DNA of 64,000 nucleotides from an uncultured virus (IMG/VR IMGVR_UViG_3300042445_002563). Its lineage: Duplodnaviria; Heunggongvirae; Uroviricota; Caudoviricetes. This document shows, piece by piece, positions 1-10,639 of the stretch; positions within the stretch are counted from its first letter, which is position 1; every line of letters starts with the position of its first letter. The translations under genes and the position numbers were made by a program. Under the pieces are notes generated by a model. The model was not told the origin of the DNA. It saw only the letters and a list, made by a program, of their open reading frames with translations, and made no database searches. The stretch is from IMG/VR virus record IMGVR_UViG_3300042445_002563. One strand, given 5' to 3'.

Positions 1-22
1 AAGATGAACGCTGGGAAAACTA

Positions 23-475
23 ATGTGGTACAATCGTGTTGTTGCTGACCTGGGAAAGATTCCTGATTTCATTGCTCACTACGAGCAAGAGCTGGACCTT
101 GCCCGCCGCGACTGCAAGATTGGTGGTATAGTTGAGCACAGAATCAAAGAACTACCAGGCATCACTGAGCAACGGTTCAACCAGCTGCAAGAAATTGAAG
201 CGGTGTTGAACTATCTCAACATTCAACTGCGCAAGATTCGTCGCCGCCATTTTCAAAAGTATCTAGAAGGATATGCTCGTGCGCTGACTTCTAGAGATGC
301 TGAAAAATATGTGGATGGCGAAGATGAAGTGGTTGACTTTGAAACCATTATCAACGAAGTTGCCTTGTTACGCAACAAGTGGTTGGGTATCATGAAAGGC
401 TTGGACAGCAAGCAATGGATGGCCGGGCACATTGTGAGACTACGTGCTGCTGGCATGGAAGATATTTCAGTCTAG
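23..475 (+). CDS. uvsY: UvsY-like recombination mediator protein
   Basis: 150-aa helical protein with the segment YLEGYARALTSRDAEKYVDGEDEVV, resembling phage UvsY; T4-like context. Confidence 0.7.
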   Translation: MWYNRVVADLGKIPDFIAHYEQELDLARRDCKIGGIVEHRIKELPGITEQRFNQLQEIEAVLNYLNIQLRKIRRRHFQKYLEGYARALTSRDAEKYVDGEDEVVDFETIINEVALLRNKWLGIMKGLDSKQWMAGHIVRLRAAGMEDISV

Positions 476-499
476 TGCTTGGCCACTGTAAATACCAGT

Positions 500-1258
500 A
501 TGAAAATTGTATTAGTAACTGGGGGTTTTGATCCTGTGCATTCAGGGCATATTGCTTATTTTACCGCTGCTAGAGAGCTAGGTGACAAACTGTATGTTGG
601 ACTCAACAGCGATGCTTGGTTGCAGCGCAAAAAAGGGTCAGCATTTATGCCTTGGTCTGAACGTGCTGCTGTTGTAGCAGCCATGCATGTGGTTGATCGA
701 GTAATTGAATTTGATGACACTGACGGATCAAGTTGTGCTGCAATTGAAGCAGTAAAACAACTGCATCCTGATCATGAAATCATCTTTGCCAACGGAGGCG
801 ATCGTACAGCGGTCAACATTCCTGAAATGGCAGTGCAAGATGTGATCTTTAAATTTGGTGTAGGCGGCGAAGATAAAAAGAATTCCAGCAGTTGGATCTT
901 GCAGGAATGGAAGGCACCCCAAACCAGTCGTGCTTGGGGATATTATCGTGTGCTGCACGAAGTGGGAGCCAACACCAAACTCAAAGAGCTCACGGTCATG
1001 CCCCGGACTTGTTTGAGCATGCAACGACACTATAAACGACAAGAATTTTGGTTTGTGGCCCAAGGCACCGCCACAGTGTACACACTGGACGAACCCAGCA
1101 CAGATCAAGATGTCAAGTGTTATCTAGATGTGCATGAACACACTTTTATTGAATGCTGTGAATGGCATCAGTTGTGCAACGAAACTGATCAACCACTAAA
1201 GCTGATTGAGATTCAGTACGGCGAAGATTGTGCGGAAGAGGATATTGAACGAAAATGA
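500..1258 (+). CDS. Cytidylyltransferase (RfaE/TagD-like) fused to a C-terminal cupin (mannose-6-phosphate isomerase type)
   Basis: GGFDPVHSGH HIGH-type motif, GLNSD and FANGGDR; C-terminal RAWGYY...LSMQRH..R.E.W...WHQL..IEIQYG cupin. Start moved to ATG 500, just after TAAATA at 489-494. Confidence 0.85.
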   Translation: MKIVLVTGGFDPVHSGHIAYFTAARELGDKLYVGLNSDAWLQRKKGSAFMPWSERAAVVAAMHVVDRVIEFDDTDGSSCAAIEAVKQLHPDHEIIFANGGDRTAVNIPEMAVQDVIFKFGVGGEDKKNSSSWILQEWKAPQTSRAWGYYRVLHEVGANTKLKELTVMPRTCLSMQRHYKRQEFWFVAQGTATVYTLDEPSTDQDVKCYLDVHEHTFIECCEWHQLCNETDQPLKLIEIQYGEDCAEEDIERK

Positions 1259-1944
1259 AAAATATCATACCTGTATTTGTGGGCTACGACCCTAGAGAAG
1301 CGGTTGCATATCACACTTGTGTAAACAGTATCATACGCAACAGTTCACAACCTGTGGCCATTGTGCCTGTGGCCTTGAATCTGTTCCGAGACTACGCAGA
1401 AACACACACAGACGGATCAAACCATTTTATCTACACACGCTTTCTTGTGCCATATCTGATGGAGTACACTGGGCATGCTATTTTTATTGACGGTGACATG
1501 ATTGTGCGTGGAGACATTGCAGAACTCTGGAACTTGCGAGATGTGTACAAAGATGTACAAGTGGTCAAACATGACTACAAAACATGTATGCCTGTGAAAT
1601 ACCTAGGAGCAAAAAATGAAGACTATCCTCGAAAAAATTGGAGTAGTGTTATTCTGTGGAATTGTAATAGCTTTCCTAACAGGCGACTTACTCCCGAGTT
1701 CGTCCAACGAAGCACCGGTAGTGAGCTCCACCGCTTCTCGTGGATAGAAAATGAACGCATTGGCGAATTACCGCCAGAATGGAACTGGTTACCAGATGAA
1801 TACGGGCCAAATACCAACGCCAAGTTACTGCATTACACACTTGGTACGCCATGCTTTCAGGAGTTTGCCGACACGCCACAAGGCAACGAGTGGCACCGGG
1901 AACGCATACTCACCGAATATTGTCAACAACGTAATATAGAATGA
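1255..1944 (+). CDS. Glycosyltransferase (GT-A fold, GT8-like)
   Basis: FIDGDM DxD motif, RKNWSSV, LPPEWNWL and LLHYTLGTP. Confidence 0.8.
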   Translation: MKNIIPVFVGYDPREAVAYHTCVNSIIRNSSQPVAIVPVALNLFRDYAETHTDGSNHFIYTRFLVPYLMEYTGHAIFIDGDMIVRGDIAELWNLRDVYKDVQVVKHDYKTCMPVKYLGAKNEDYPRKNWSSVILWNCNSFPNRRLTPEFVQRSTGSELHRFSWIENERIGELPPEWNWLPDEYGPNTNAKLLHYTLGTPCFQEFADTPQGNEWHRERILTEYCQQRNIE

Positions 1945-2927
1945 CCGAGCATGAATTACCAGACGATGACTGGGTAGACCCGACTCAGTCCCTGCCACTG
2001 AGCATATTTGATCAGGCACCACCGGACGTGAAAGCACTGTTTGAAAACATGCTGAAATACCGTGTGGATCCTGCAGGATCAGTGTATGGGATTACCTTGC
2101 CGGTTCTGACACAACAGCTGGCTGAATTGCCTGTGAGCAATATAGTAAGTACAGACAGTGAATACAGATACGAAAGAAAGGGTCACATGTACGATCCCAT
2201 ACTACAAAGTTTTGTGCAAGGTGCTGGTGGCCAAATCAGCAATTGGACCAAAGAAGAATTCAACACAACACCGGTTGTGTTACGCGGTATTACCAAACGT
2301 AAACAAATGCAGTCCTGCAAAGATGCTGGTAGAGACTTTTATTATATTGACACAGGATATTTTGGCAATGGCAAGAAGAAAACATTTCATCGCATAACCA
2401 AAAACGATGTACAATGGTTTGGTGACATTGTGGAAAGACCCGGAGACCGACTGGAAAAAACTGGTGTTAAAATTGCAAAAATGCGAAGAGGAAGAAATAT
2501 CTTGATTGCTCCTCCCAGTCAAAAGCTATTGAACAATTATGATATTGTTCTTGAAGAGTGGTTGGAAAAAGTACTGGCAGAAATACAGGCGCACACTGAC
2601 CGACCTGTTGTGATTCGTACCAAACAAAGCCGAAGTACCAGGGTCAATGACGACACCATGGAAATGGCCCTGAGTCAGGATGTGCATTGTTTGGTCACAT
2701 TCAGCAGTATTGCAGCTGGAGAAGCCCTGCTGCTGGGCAAACCAGCAATTACACTGGGTCCAAATGCTGCTGGTCCGTTATGCAGTCACAGCATTAGTGA
2801 AATTGAAAATCCACATATCCCCACTCTAGATGAAGTTGGTGCCTGGGCACGTCATTTGGCCTATTGTCAGTTTACTGAAATAGAAATGCGTGATGGCACA
2901 GCATGGCGTATCTTGAACCATGGTTGA
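1941..2927 (+). CDS. Capsule-biosynthesis (KpsS/KpsC-like) GT-B family protein, paralogue 1
   Basis: YIDTGYF, RPVVIR, HCLVTFSSIAAGEALLLGKP and LAYCQFT.E, shared with the ORFs at 2920, 8167 and 9791. Confidence 0.55.
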   Translation: MTEHELPDDDWVDPTQSLPLSIFDQAPPDVKALFENMLKYRVDPAGSVYGITLPVLTQQLAELPVSNIVSTDSEYRYERKGHMYDPILQSFVQGAGGQISNWTKEEFNTTPVVLRGITKRKQMQSCKDAGRDFYYIDTGYFGNGKKKTFHRITKNDVQWFGDIVERPGDRLEKTGVKIAKMRRGRNILIAPPSQKLLNNYDIVLEEWLEKVLAEIQAHTDRPVVIRTKQSRSTRVNDDTMEMALSQDVHCLVTFSSIAAGEALLLGKPAITLGPNAAGPLCSHSISEIENPHIPTLDEVGAWARHLAYCQFTEIEMRDGTAWRILNHG

Positions 2928-3843
2928 TGTGGTTGTTTATGCATCCAGTGTGGCCAATGCACACAAACACGAGCGCAAGGTAGCATGTCTTGAAAATTTT
3001 GCTCAAGGGGTACAAGCTATTGGGCACAGCGCAATTGTGGATTGGGACTACAAGTATCAGCCCGCAAAGCTGGCAGTGATACTGGGCTGGGCCACAACAA
3101 ACACAGGTGGTAAAAATATCACGCTAAGAAAACAAGTCATTGCTGAACAACAAAGACGTGGGTTCCGTACCATGTGCATTGATGCCAGTTGCTTCAAGTA
3201 TCTAGACAATACCGGCACATATCTTCGATACAGCCTGGGAGGTCCGTTTTATGATCGTGCTGAGTATGCAAACCGTAATAGTAATTCCGTCAAGTGGCAA
3301 GAGATACAGCAGCAGCTGGGTATCACAATGAAGCCATCTCGAACACATGATGGGCATGTTCTAATAGGCATGCAACGTGACGGCGGATTTAGTATGAAGA
3401 CCCTGGATCCTGTAACATGGTTGGTCAACAAGATTCATGAACTACGAAAGTACACCACAAGAGAGATTGTGATACGGCCACATCCTGGCAAGTTTGACAT
3501 GGCAGATTTTGCCAAGTTTCAAAGCAAAGAATACGTTAGACAGCATGTGCGTGTAATAAATCCACTCGAAACAACACTGCTGGAGAATTTGCAATCGGCT
3601 CATGCAGCAGTATTTTTCAACAGCAGTGCCAGTGTTGCTGCTGTGCTAGAAGGTGTGCCAGTCTGGGTAGATGATGCCAGTGCAGTTACCCAGACAGTGG
3701 CACATCATGATATGAGCACTATTGAATCACCACAACAATTTAGCACAGATCAGTGGATACATGATCTAGCCACAGCACACTGGAGTGACCAGGATGGCAA
3801 AACTGGTCTTATCTATCAAAAGTTCTTGCCCTATTTAAATTAA
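2920..3843 (+). CDS. Capsule-biosynthesis (KpsS/KpsC-like) GT-B family protein, paralogue 2
   Basis: MQRDGG, IVIRPHP and HAAVFFNSSASVAAVLEGVP. Confidence 0.55.
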   Translation: MVDVVVYASSVANAHKHERKVACLENFAQGVQAIGHSAIVDWDYKYQPAKLAVILGWATTNTGGKNITLRKQVIAEQQRRGFRTMCIDASCFKYLDNTGTYLRYSLGGPFYDRAEYANRNSNSVKWQEIQQQLGITMKPSRTHDGHVLIGMQRDGGFSMKTLDPVTWLVNKIHELRKYTTREIVIRPHPGKFDMADFAKFQSKEYVRQHVRVINPLETTLLENLQSAHAAVFFNSSASVAAVLEGVPVWVDDASAVTQTVAHHDMSTIESPQQFSTDQWIHDLATAHWSDQDGKTGLIYQKFLPYLN

Positions 3844-4424
3844 ACAAACAAACAACAAAAGCATCCAGGCGAGTCGTATATTGTAGACATATTGAGACGA
3901 AAGTGATTGCGATATCCCAGGCGGTTAAATATTTCTATCCAATCTTGATCAGTTTTACAGTTGATATGAGTGGGATCACGTCGTGATATTTCTAGATGAA
4001 ACTGGTCAGGTTGTTCCTCAACCGCACATGGTATTCTAACCAATATCTTGTCAAGGTTAAGTTGGTCAAACAATTCAATTATTTGTTGATCGGTCATGTG
4101 TTCAAGCACGTCTAAGAAAATGCCCAGGTCAAATGTTCCCCGGGCGTGATCTAGTATGTTGCATCCGGCAAGGCGGGCCTGTATCACAGCCCAGTCTGAT
4201 ATGTCATAGCCCGATACATTTTTGAATCCAATTTTTTCAAATCCCTTGATCAAGAATCCCAGGCTGCATCCATAGTCTAAAATTTTTGATTCAGAATCAA
4301 CCAGACTGAATTTATGAAATACTTGTTGTATTTCTTCAGCAGTTTTTACATATCTTTCACGTTTGGAAAAATAATCCACATAATTGTTGGTCCGATAGTA
4401 CTGCTCGTCAAACACCTGCGTCAT
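3840..4424 (-). CDS. Class I SAM-dependent methyltransferase
   Basis: ILDYGCSLG motif I, GYDIS and DVLEH. Confidence 0.85.
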   Translation of the reverse strand: MTQVFDEQYYRTNNYVDYFSKRERYVKTAEEIQQVFHKFSLVDSESKILDYGCSLGFLIKGFEKIGFKNVSGYDISDWAVIQARLAGCNILDHARGTFDLGIFLDVLEHMTDQQIIELFDQLNLDKILVRIPCAVEEQPDQFHLEISRRDPTHINCKTDQDWIEIFNRLGYRNHFRLNMSTIYDSPGCFCCLFV

Positions 4425-5524
4425 GGAAAATTCCGATCAGGCATTTGTTGTGCAACCGTATGTAAAATTTTATTATTGAATTTGTAGTAGCAGTACTTGC
4501 AACTGTTGGTCCAGTTCTGCCCACAATTATTTTTTACCTCGTATGGATAACCTCGAGTGGCGTAGTTTTCACTGAGTTTTTGCCACGTGGGAATAATGTT
4601 ATCTACATCACACAATGAGTAGTCTAAATCATAATTTTGTTTGTTCAACACATGACTGGTACAGGTGTACACTTGATATTTTCCAGTGCCGTGTGGATCT
4701 GGTGCCACGTATGGTCTAATCATGCCCACATAACAACCATCCTCAAACGGTGAATCGTCCTCACCAATGTCCTTGATAAAAATTTTATTTAAAGTATCAA
4801 TTTCATCAATCACCTGTTTGAATTGAGTTCTAACTTGCGCATTGTTGCCTTTGATCAAACAGTTGCCTGCAATCCTGACAAATTTAAGATCAGGATGTAA
4901 TTCTAGCACTCGAGCAATGCGTCGGATTGTCTCAACGTCAGTGGGTTTGTAGGGCTTGCCAAGTCTGTTGCCAGTTCCGGTATCGCCTTCGTATATGATG
5001 TATGACAGTCCCATTTTCTCAGCAGGAAATCCGCAGAAGTCAAAATCCTCAGGATCGTATCCTTCATCCAGTTTGATCAAACTGACTCGTATCCAGTTGA
5101 TCTTGTCAAAATTTTCTGGTTTTAGTCTTGACAGTTTTAATGTATTTGTTATGATACCAATGTCGTAGCCCAGTTCATGTGCATACTCAACAATGCTGTT
5201 GATATCATCTTTGGTATCCTTGTCACGGTAGATAAGTGGTTCACCACCACCAGTGATTTCCACACTCTTGGCACCTAGAGTTCGAAAATCACGCAATACT
5301 TGTTTGATCTTTTCAAATGGCATGTAAGACTTCAGCGGACGTTCTGCCACACTACAAAACGGGCACCCACTGGAACAAACTTCACATGGCGATAGTTGAA
5401 TTGTGATGGGTTTGAATTTCTTATCGTGTTGAATGCTGTGTAGCACGTCGGTGTGTTGCAACAGTTTGTCGCCCCAGGTGCTAAATTTTTGTGTCAGCAC
5501 AATGTGTTTATTCTTGTCTTGCAT
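4421..5524 (-). CDS. Radical SAM enzyme with C-terminal Cys cluster (SPASM/twitch-like)
   Basis: CSSGCPFC (CxxxCxxC), TGGGEP, ITN and C-terminal CKYC. Confidence 0.9.
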   Translation of the reverse strand: MQDKNKHIVLTQKFSTWGDKLLQHTDVLHSIQHDKKFKPITIQLSPCEVCSSGCPFCSVAERPLKSYMPFEKIKQVLRDFRTLGAKSVEITGGGEPLIYRDKDTKDDINSIVEYAHELGYDIGIITNTLKLSRLKPENFDKINWIRVSLIKLDEGYDPEDFDFCGFPAEKMGLSYIIYEGDTGTGNRLGKPYKPTDVETIRRIARVLELHPDLKFVRIAGNCLIKGNNAQVRTQFKQVIDEIDTLNKIFIKDIGEDDSPFEDGCYVGMIRPYVAPDPHGTGKYQVYTCTSHVLNKQNYDLDYSLCDVDNIIPTWQKLSENYATRGYPYEVKNNCGQNWTNSCKYCYYKFNNKILHTVAQQMPDRNFP

Positions 5525-6260
5525 GTTCTATTCCTTTTCCTGTGTGTGGGTTGGGTGACTGTTTTGAAGTTGACATTTCCCCGATAATCTTTCGGCTTTT
5601 CATAACAGGATGTAATCTTGCCACAGATGGTATGCATACTTTCACATCCAGTACAATTGTGCCCATTTGATTGTCGGTGGCACGAAATCCGTGTTCGTAC
5701 ACATAATCAATTAGTTTTTTTGCCCCTTGTGGTTTAATGATATAAGCATACACCCCGGTACTGTAAACTCCTGCATGTTTTTTACTCTTTAAGGCGTCAC
5801 TATATCCAGTTAATTCTGGAATATCAATAATTGAATGAACAGTCACTGGTGCCGTCAATTCTTTTTCTATTACAGCATCATAGCCGCCATTGGTTTTCAT
5901 ATAAGGACTAACACAGTCCAGTTTGCACACGTCATCAAATTGATCAAAAATATTTTCAGGGATTTCTCGCATGAGCCAACCGTCATGTTCCAACACAAGG
6001 TATGGTTCGTTATCTTTGACACAGGCCATCCACAAGTAAAAATGGCTTAGAAAGTTGCCATAGTGCCCCAGGGTCATTTTGCTTAGTTTTTGTTTGCCTA
6101 GTTTGATTTTGAGTTTTTTTAAATGTTGTTCGTAGTCTCGCCCCCAGATGGCTTCAAATATTTCTACATTGATTCCAACCTTGGCTGCTTGCTCTCTACA
6201 CTCAGCCGACAACTGTTCGGACATTTCGTGTCCTAACATAGTAATAATAAATGATTTCAT
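5508..6260 (-). CDS. Glycosyltransferase family 25-like
   Basis: FEAIWG, G.FLSH..LW, LVLEHD and AYIIKPQGAKKL. Confidence 0.8.
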   Translation of the reverse strand: MKSFIITMLGHEMSEQLSAECREQAAKVGINVEIFEAIWGRDYEQHLKKLKIKLGKQKLSKMTLGHYGNFLSHFYLWMACVKDNEPYLVLEHDGWLMREIPENIFDQFDDVCKLDCVSPYMKTNGGYDAVIEKELTAPVTVHSIIDIPELTGYSDALKSKKHAGVYSTGVYAYIIKPQGAKKLIDYVYEHGFRATDNQMGTIVLDVKVCIPSVARLHPVMKSRKIIGEMSTSKQSPNPHTGKGIEHARQE

Positions 6261-6910
6261 CTGTAAATTGCCTCTACGTATTGGTATTTGTCAGTCCAGG
6301 AGTTGGGAATGTCGTTCCAGGTAGTATTTAACTGATCGTCTAGCCACCCAGGATAGTGCGAGCGATCTTTCCACCACCAAAACAGATCACTGCCACTCCA
6401 GTTCTTGAAATACCTGCGAAAGAACTCACGTGTTCTTGGCTCACGAAAATGTGCAGGATCGTACATGGCTTTTTTGCCCTTGGCAGGACGTTGAAAATTC
6501 AAGCCGACAAAACAAAACTTATCAGCATATGATTCCAGTTGTTTTGCAACCCAATTCAGATCATCGTCTGGAATACTGTTTAGAACCTGTGTGCAAATAA
6601 CACCGTCAAACTTTGTGCCTGCAGGAGGCGGCGTTTCCGATCCTGCCACACAAGGATCATAGCGATACACACTAACACCCAGATAGGCATCAAACGTTTG
6701 CCAGTTGTGTTCTCCGGCATAGGGAAGAGGATCAGTGTATTGTTGACCTTTGCCGCAGCCATAATCCAGTATGGTTTGAGCACCATAGTGATCCACTAGA
6801 TCCTTGATACAATTTTGATATTTGACCACATCATAGCCTGCCCAACTTTTATTGCTCTCCTGGAACTCACGACCTAGACGAACTGATTCTGCATAGTACG
6901 CACTTGTCAT
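6257..6910 (-). CDS. Class I SAM-dependent methyltransferase
   Basis: ILDYGCGKG, YDP and FDGVICTQVL. Confidence 0.8.
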   Translation of the reverse strand: MTSAYYAESVRLGREFQESNKSWAGYDVVKYQNCIKDLVDHYGAQTILDYGCGKGQQYTDPLPYAGEHNWQTFDAYLGVSVYRYDPCVAGSETPPPAGTKFDGVICTQVLNSIPDDDLNWVAKQLESYADKFCFVGLNFQRPAKGKKAMYDPAHFREPRTREFFRRYFKNWSGSDLFWWWKDRSHYPGWLDDQLNTTWNDIPNSWTDKYQYVEAIYR

Positions 6911-7545
6911 AGCAACTTTATCTCTACTGTCGCTCTTTTTTTACCACCGGCGTTTGAAACCACATTCACAATCTCAAAACCGTCTACGCCAATGAAATTG
7001 GTTGATGTGCCTTTGCATCTGATGTCCAGGATGATTCTGGTATTTTCATGCGAATGCCGTTTCATAAGATCTATGTAGGTTTTTACAGGATAGTGATGTC
7101 CGCAACTGAGCCATGATGTGATAACATCAAATTTTACGTCACTGGGTATGTTGATATTGTTGGCATCAACAAGGTGATAATTTGTTGTACCTAGTTCTTG
7201 CAGTTTGGCATCCAAGAAATCAAATGTGTGATAAAACTTTAGTTCACCAGGGTCTGTGTTCCAGTTGCCGTAACTGGCAGACTCAGGTTTGCTAGCATTG
7301 GTGCTGGCATCGCCGTCCAGCAACCAAAGTTCTGTGCCATACTTTTGACCAAACCATCTTGCATCCCAGGCAAAGCCGCAGCCAATGTCCAACAGTCGCC
7401 CTATAGGTTGATTCAAGTAAGCATCCACAGTTTCAAAGTTTACTCTGCGTTTGGCAATGTATTTGTCAGTGGTCCACTTGCGTGACCATTGCGCCGAATC
7501 ATGCGCTCCTTTGTCTGGATCTTCTATTGCCATCCCATGATCCAA
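6907..7545 (-). CDS. Class I SAM-dependent methyltransferase
   Basis: LLDIGCG and FDVITSWLSCGHHYP. Confidence 0.75.
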   Translation of the reverse strand: MDHGMAIEDPDKGAHDSAQWSRKWTTDKYIAKRRVNFETVDAYLNQPIGRLLDIGCGFAWDARWFGQKYGTELWLLDGDASTNASKPESASYGNWNTDPGELKFYHTFDFLDAKLQELGTTNYHLVDANNINIPSDVKFDVITSWLSCGHHYPVKTYIDLMKRHSHENTRIILDIRCKGTSTNFIGVDGFEIVNVVSNAGGKKRATVEIKLL

Positions 7546-8174
7546 TCGTCACGCACTTGATCTAGTTTGACCATGCCCCAGTTTTTCAACAAGTCAACAG
7601 CCGCAAACTGGCCGTATTGTTTGCTGTAGGCATCATGTGGTTTTTGTTCTATTACCACAACAGGTCTGCAACGTCGAATGGTTTGTTCTGCACCTTGCAG
7701 TATGCGATACTCATAGCCTTCGCAGTCAATTTTGATGTAGTTTATATCATGCAAGTTTAGATTGTCAAGCCGAACCACTTGCACATTGCCTACGCCCATG
7801 GTGTTGGGGTCAAGATGACTGTGCCCCGAATTGTCTTCGGTAATGATCATGGTTCCCATTGTGTCCTGATCGCCCAGCGCAATGGGACGAACTTCAAAGT
7901 TTGCTCCTGTTACATTGCTTTCCAGACATTCTCTAAACACAGCAACAGGTTCAAAGGCTATCACACGGCCAAAACTTTTCACAAGATCACGACTCCATAA
8001 GCCCACATTGGCACCAATGTCCAGGGCCACATCTCGTCGGGTGCATAATTCAATGCTGCGTTGTCGCACAGCAATTTGATATTCAGCTGGTAGACCTTTG
8101 TCTACACTTTTCTTCAACATCCGTGGCAGGTGTGTTTCGAAGTCGGGAAATTGCCATCCATAGTGTTCACGCAT
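7524..8174 (-). CDS. FkbM-family methyltransferase
   Basis: LDIGANVG, AFEP, IKIDCEGYE and RPVVVIE. Confidence 0.9.
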   Translation of the reverse strand: MREHYGWQFPDFETHLPRMLKKSVDKGLPAEYQIAVRQRSIELCTRRDVALDIGANVGLWSRDLVKSFGRVIAFEPVAVFRECLESNVTGANFEVRPIALGDQDTMGTMIITEDNSGHSHLDPNTMGVGNVQVVRLDNLNLHDINYIKIDCEGYEYRILQGAEQTIRRCRPVVVIEQKPHDAYSKQYGQFAAVDLLKNWGMVKLDQVRDDWIMGWQ

Positions 8175-8985
8175 TTGATAACTCCTTGGTTTGTGTTAGT
8201 ATTCTAGCGGCTGTGCCATTGGCCAATTCATCAATGTGAAATTGACCATACGCAAGATGACTGGTCCAGGCATATATTTCATCAGTGGTGGGATACCACG
8301 GATCTTCAATTTGACTCAGGTCCGTGTTGCTTACAGGTTGGGCAGCATTGCTGGGTGCCAACACAAACGTTGGTACACCAGTCAGTATGCTTTCTGTTGC
8401 GGCTACACTGTTGAACACAACCACTGCATGCACATCATCTTGAATGCGTTGTGCAAATGTGTTGTTGGCTCGGAATCTAGGATCAGGATTGCGATCTCTA
8501 ATGTAAACTGGGCGATCAGTGTATTTTTCTATTTCGGCCTTGGTATTGGCCAACCATTGAGCCAGTTCGATGTTGTAAAACACACATGGTTTAGCGTCAG
8601 GTGCAGCAATTATGATGGCCTTGCCGTGACGGCGCCGAGGCATGTCTATGCCAAAACGTTCCCATCTATCTCCGGGCCGCCGGACCACTGCGCCGTGTTG
8701 TAGATTGTTGTCCACTATTCTGTGCCAGTGTTTCCATCCACTGGGATTGGCTGCGCTGGGTTTGTTACCAAAGTAACCTGAATCAATGTATCTAAACTGT
8801 CGATCATCAGCCCAGCATTGTTTGATCAGTTTGTGTTTCATGATACCCCGTATTACCAAGGGATTGGAATCCTGTGAGTAGTCCCAGGTTTCTAGTACAG
8901 TGGGCCGAGCACCTGACCCATGTGCAAACATGTTGACGTATTCGTCTGTTCCGCGTTTACTGAGATAAGTCCAGGTCATTGCCAA
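8167..8985 (-). CDS. Capsule-biosynthesis (KpsS/KpsC-like) GT-B family protein, paralogue 3
   Basis: YIDSGYF, RPVYIR, HAVVVFNSVAATESILTGVP and LAYGQF; clear paralogue of 1941..2927. Confidence 0.55.
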   Translation of the reverse strand: MAMTWTYLSKRGTDEYVNMFAHGSGARPTVLETWDYSQDSNPLVIRGIMKHKLIKQCWADDRQFRYIDSGYFGNKPSAANPSGWKHWHRIVDNNLQHGAVVRRPGDRWERFGIDMPRRRHGKAIIIAAPDAKPCVFYNIELAQWLANTKAEIEKYTDRPVYIRDRNPDPRFRANNTFAQRIQDDVHAVVVFNSVAATESILTGVPTFVLAPSNAAQPVSNTDLSQIEDPWYPTTDEIYAWTSHLAYGQFHIDELANGTAARILTQTKELSNA

Positions 8986-9779
8986 TAAGTTTCTTTTCGT
9001 TGTACCACAAGATCACTTCTTCTACTGCGGCCTTGGTCTTTGCGAGCACCTTTGAGATGATCAATGTAGGTGCCCCATTCGCAATTGATCAGTGGGTGTC
9101 CTTCACCAGTGATCAACCCTTGGCTCCAGTTCAATTCATGCATGAGAAACTTTACCCTCACTGCATCAAATACAAAACTGTCGTGCCATTCTTTCAGAGT
9201 AAAAATTCCGTTTTCAGCATCATCGTACATGCGTTGAAACTCTGTTAAAAATTCTTGAGCAACAGGAGAAGTCAAATGCATGCCGTACAATCCGCATTCG
9301 GTAAATTTGTTGGCCCGCCCAGCATAGCAAAGGTCCGCAGAATCAGGAAAGAACTGTTCAAGTTTTGATGTGTTGATGGTGTTGTGACACACCATGTCTG
9401 CATCCATCCAAATTAACCATTCAGTGCCGCAGTTACGAGCAGCATGAAACACAGCATACACCTTGTGCGCAAATCGCACAGCATTCCATTTGAATCCTTT
9501 GCCTGCATCTTTGCGTTTGCTGCGTACTGGGTCAGCGCCAACATCGCCATTGGCGCGGGGCACATGACCCCAGACTCTTTTGAATTCAACCAGTTCGGGA
9601 CTGGCCTGTGCCAAATTGACTATTTTTAAATTTGGAGCCTGCTGCGCAATAGCAACATCTTCGGCATACACCAGCAACTGCACATCCTGAGGCCACGTGG
9701 ACAAAAATGTATCTATCATGCGACTGCCGTATTGTTTATAACCACTGGCATTAAATGTGGTAACTACAGAGTATTTCAT
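8976..9779 (-). CDS. Putative glycosyltransferase (GT-A fold)
   Basis: AVRFAHKVYA, IWMDAD DxD motif, EWHDS and DHLKG. Confidence 0.7.
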   Translation of the reverse strand: MKYSVVTTFNASGYKQYGSRMIDTFLSTWPQDVQLLVYAEDVAIAQQAPNLKIVNLAQASPELVEFKRVWGHVPRANGDVGADPVRSKRKDAGKGFKWNAVRFAHKVYAVFHAARNCGTEWLIWMDADMVCHNTINTSKLEQFFPDSADLCYAGRANKFTECGLYGMHLTSPVAQEFLTEFQRMYDDAENGIFTLKEWHDSFVFDAVRVKFLMHELNWSQGLITGEGHPLINCEWGTYIDHLKGARKDQGRSRRSDLVVQRKETYWQ

Positions 9780-9790
9780 ATCAGATACTT

Positions 9791-10639
9791 ATGATCAAAA
9801 ACATAGCCTATTTCCCTTTTCAGGTGGCACTCAATGGTCCACCTGTGTTAAATGCAGTACTGGATACCTTGCAGTCTGCTGGTATACAAACACAAGAAAA
9901 TTCCTGGACCTCAGATGCTGCTGTGATTTGGAGTGTGCTGTGGAAAGGTCGCATGCAGGCCAATCAAGCAGTTTATCAGCGCTATCGTGAACAAAACAAA
10001 CCAGTGATCATTATTGAAACAGGTGCCCTGTATCGTGGCAACACCTGGAAGATCTCAGTAAATCATGTGGATGCCACGGGCTATTATGGACATACTCAGA
10101 ATCTTGATTTGGACCGTCCCAGGCGCCTGGGTGTAAGCCTGGCAGTAAATCTCAGTTCTAATCCTGTTGTGTTGATCACAGGTCAACACAACCGCAGCCA
10201 CCAACTGGCCGGTGTGACACAAGAAGTCTGGATGTCTGACGTCATCGACAAGATTAGATCTGTAACTGATCGTCCCATTCATGTGAGACCGCACCCACGT
10301 TGTGCACTTGATTGGAGCCAACTGCCCCGGGACATACATCGGGAGCAGCCCAAAAAACTAGCTGGCACCTATGACAGTTTCAACATACGGTTTGATTATC
10401 ACGCTGTGGTCAATTACAATTCGGGTCCAGGCATACAAGCTGCCATAGCCGGAGTTAGACCAATTGTTCATAAAACCAGTTTGGCACATCCTGTATCAAT
10501 CGCAATAGACAACATAGATCAACCTTATGATCTTGACCGACACCAGTGGTTGACAGAGATTTGCCACACTGAATACACTCTTGACGAAATAAAACAAGCA
10601 CTATGGCTAAAAAGAATCTTGCCCGCTTTGACGGCGTAA
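9791..10639 (+). CDS. Capsule-biosynthesis (KpsS/KpsC-like) GT-B family protein, paralogue 4
   Basis: GQH, RPIHVRPHP and HAVVNYNSGPGIQAAIAGV. Confidence 0.55.
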   Translation: MIKNIAYFPFQVALNGPPVLNAVLDTLQSAGIQTQENSWTSDAAVIWSVLWKGRMQANQAVYQRYREQNKPVIIIETGALYRGNTWKISVNHVDATGYYGHTQNLDLDRPRRLGVSLAVNLSSNPVVLITGQHNRSHQLAGVTQEVWMSDVIDKIRSVTDRPIHVRPHPRCALDWSQLPRDIHREQPKKLAGTYDSFNIRFDYHAVVNYNSGPGIQAAIAGVRPIVHKTSLAHPVSIAIDNIDQPYDLDRHQWLTEICHTEYTLDEIKQALWLKRILPALTA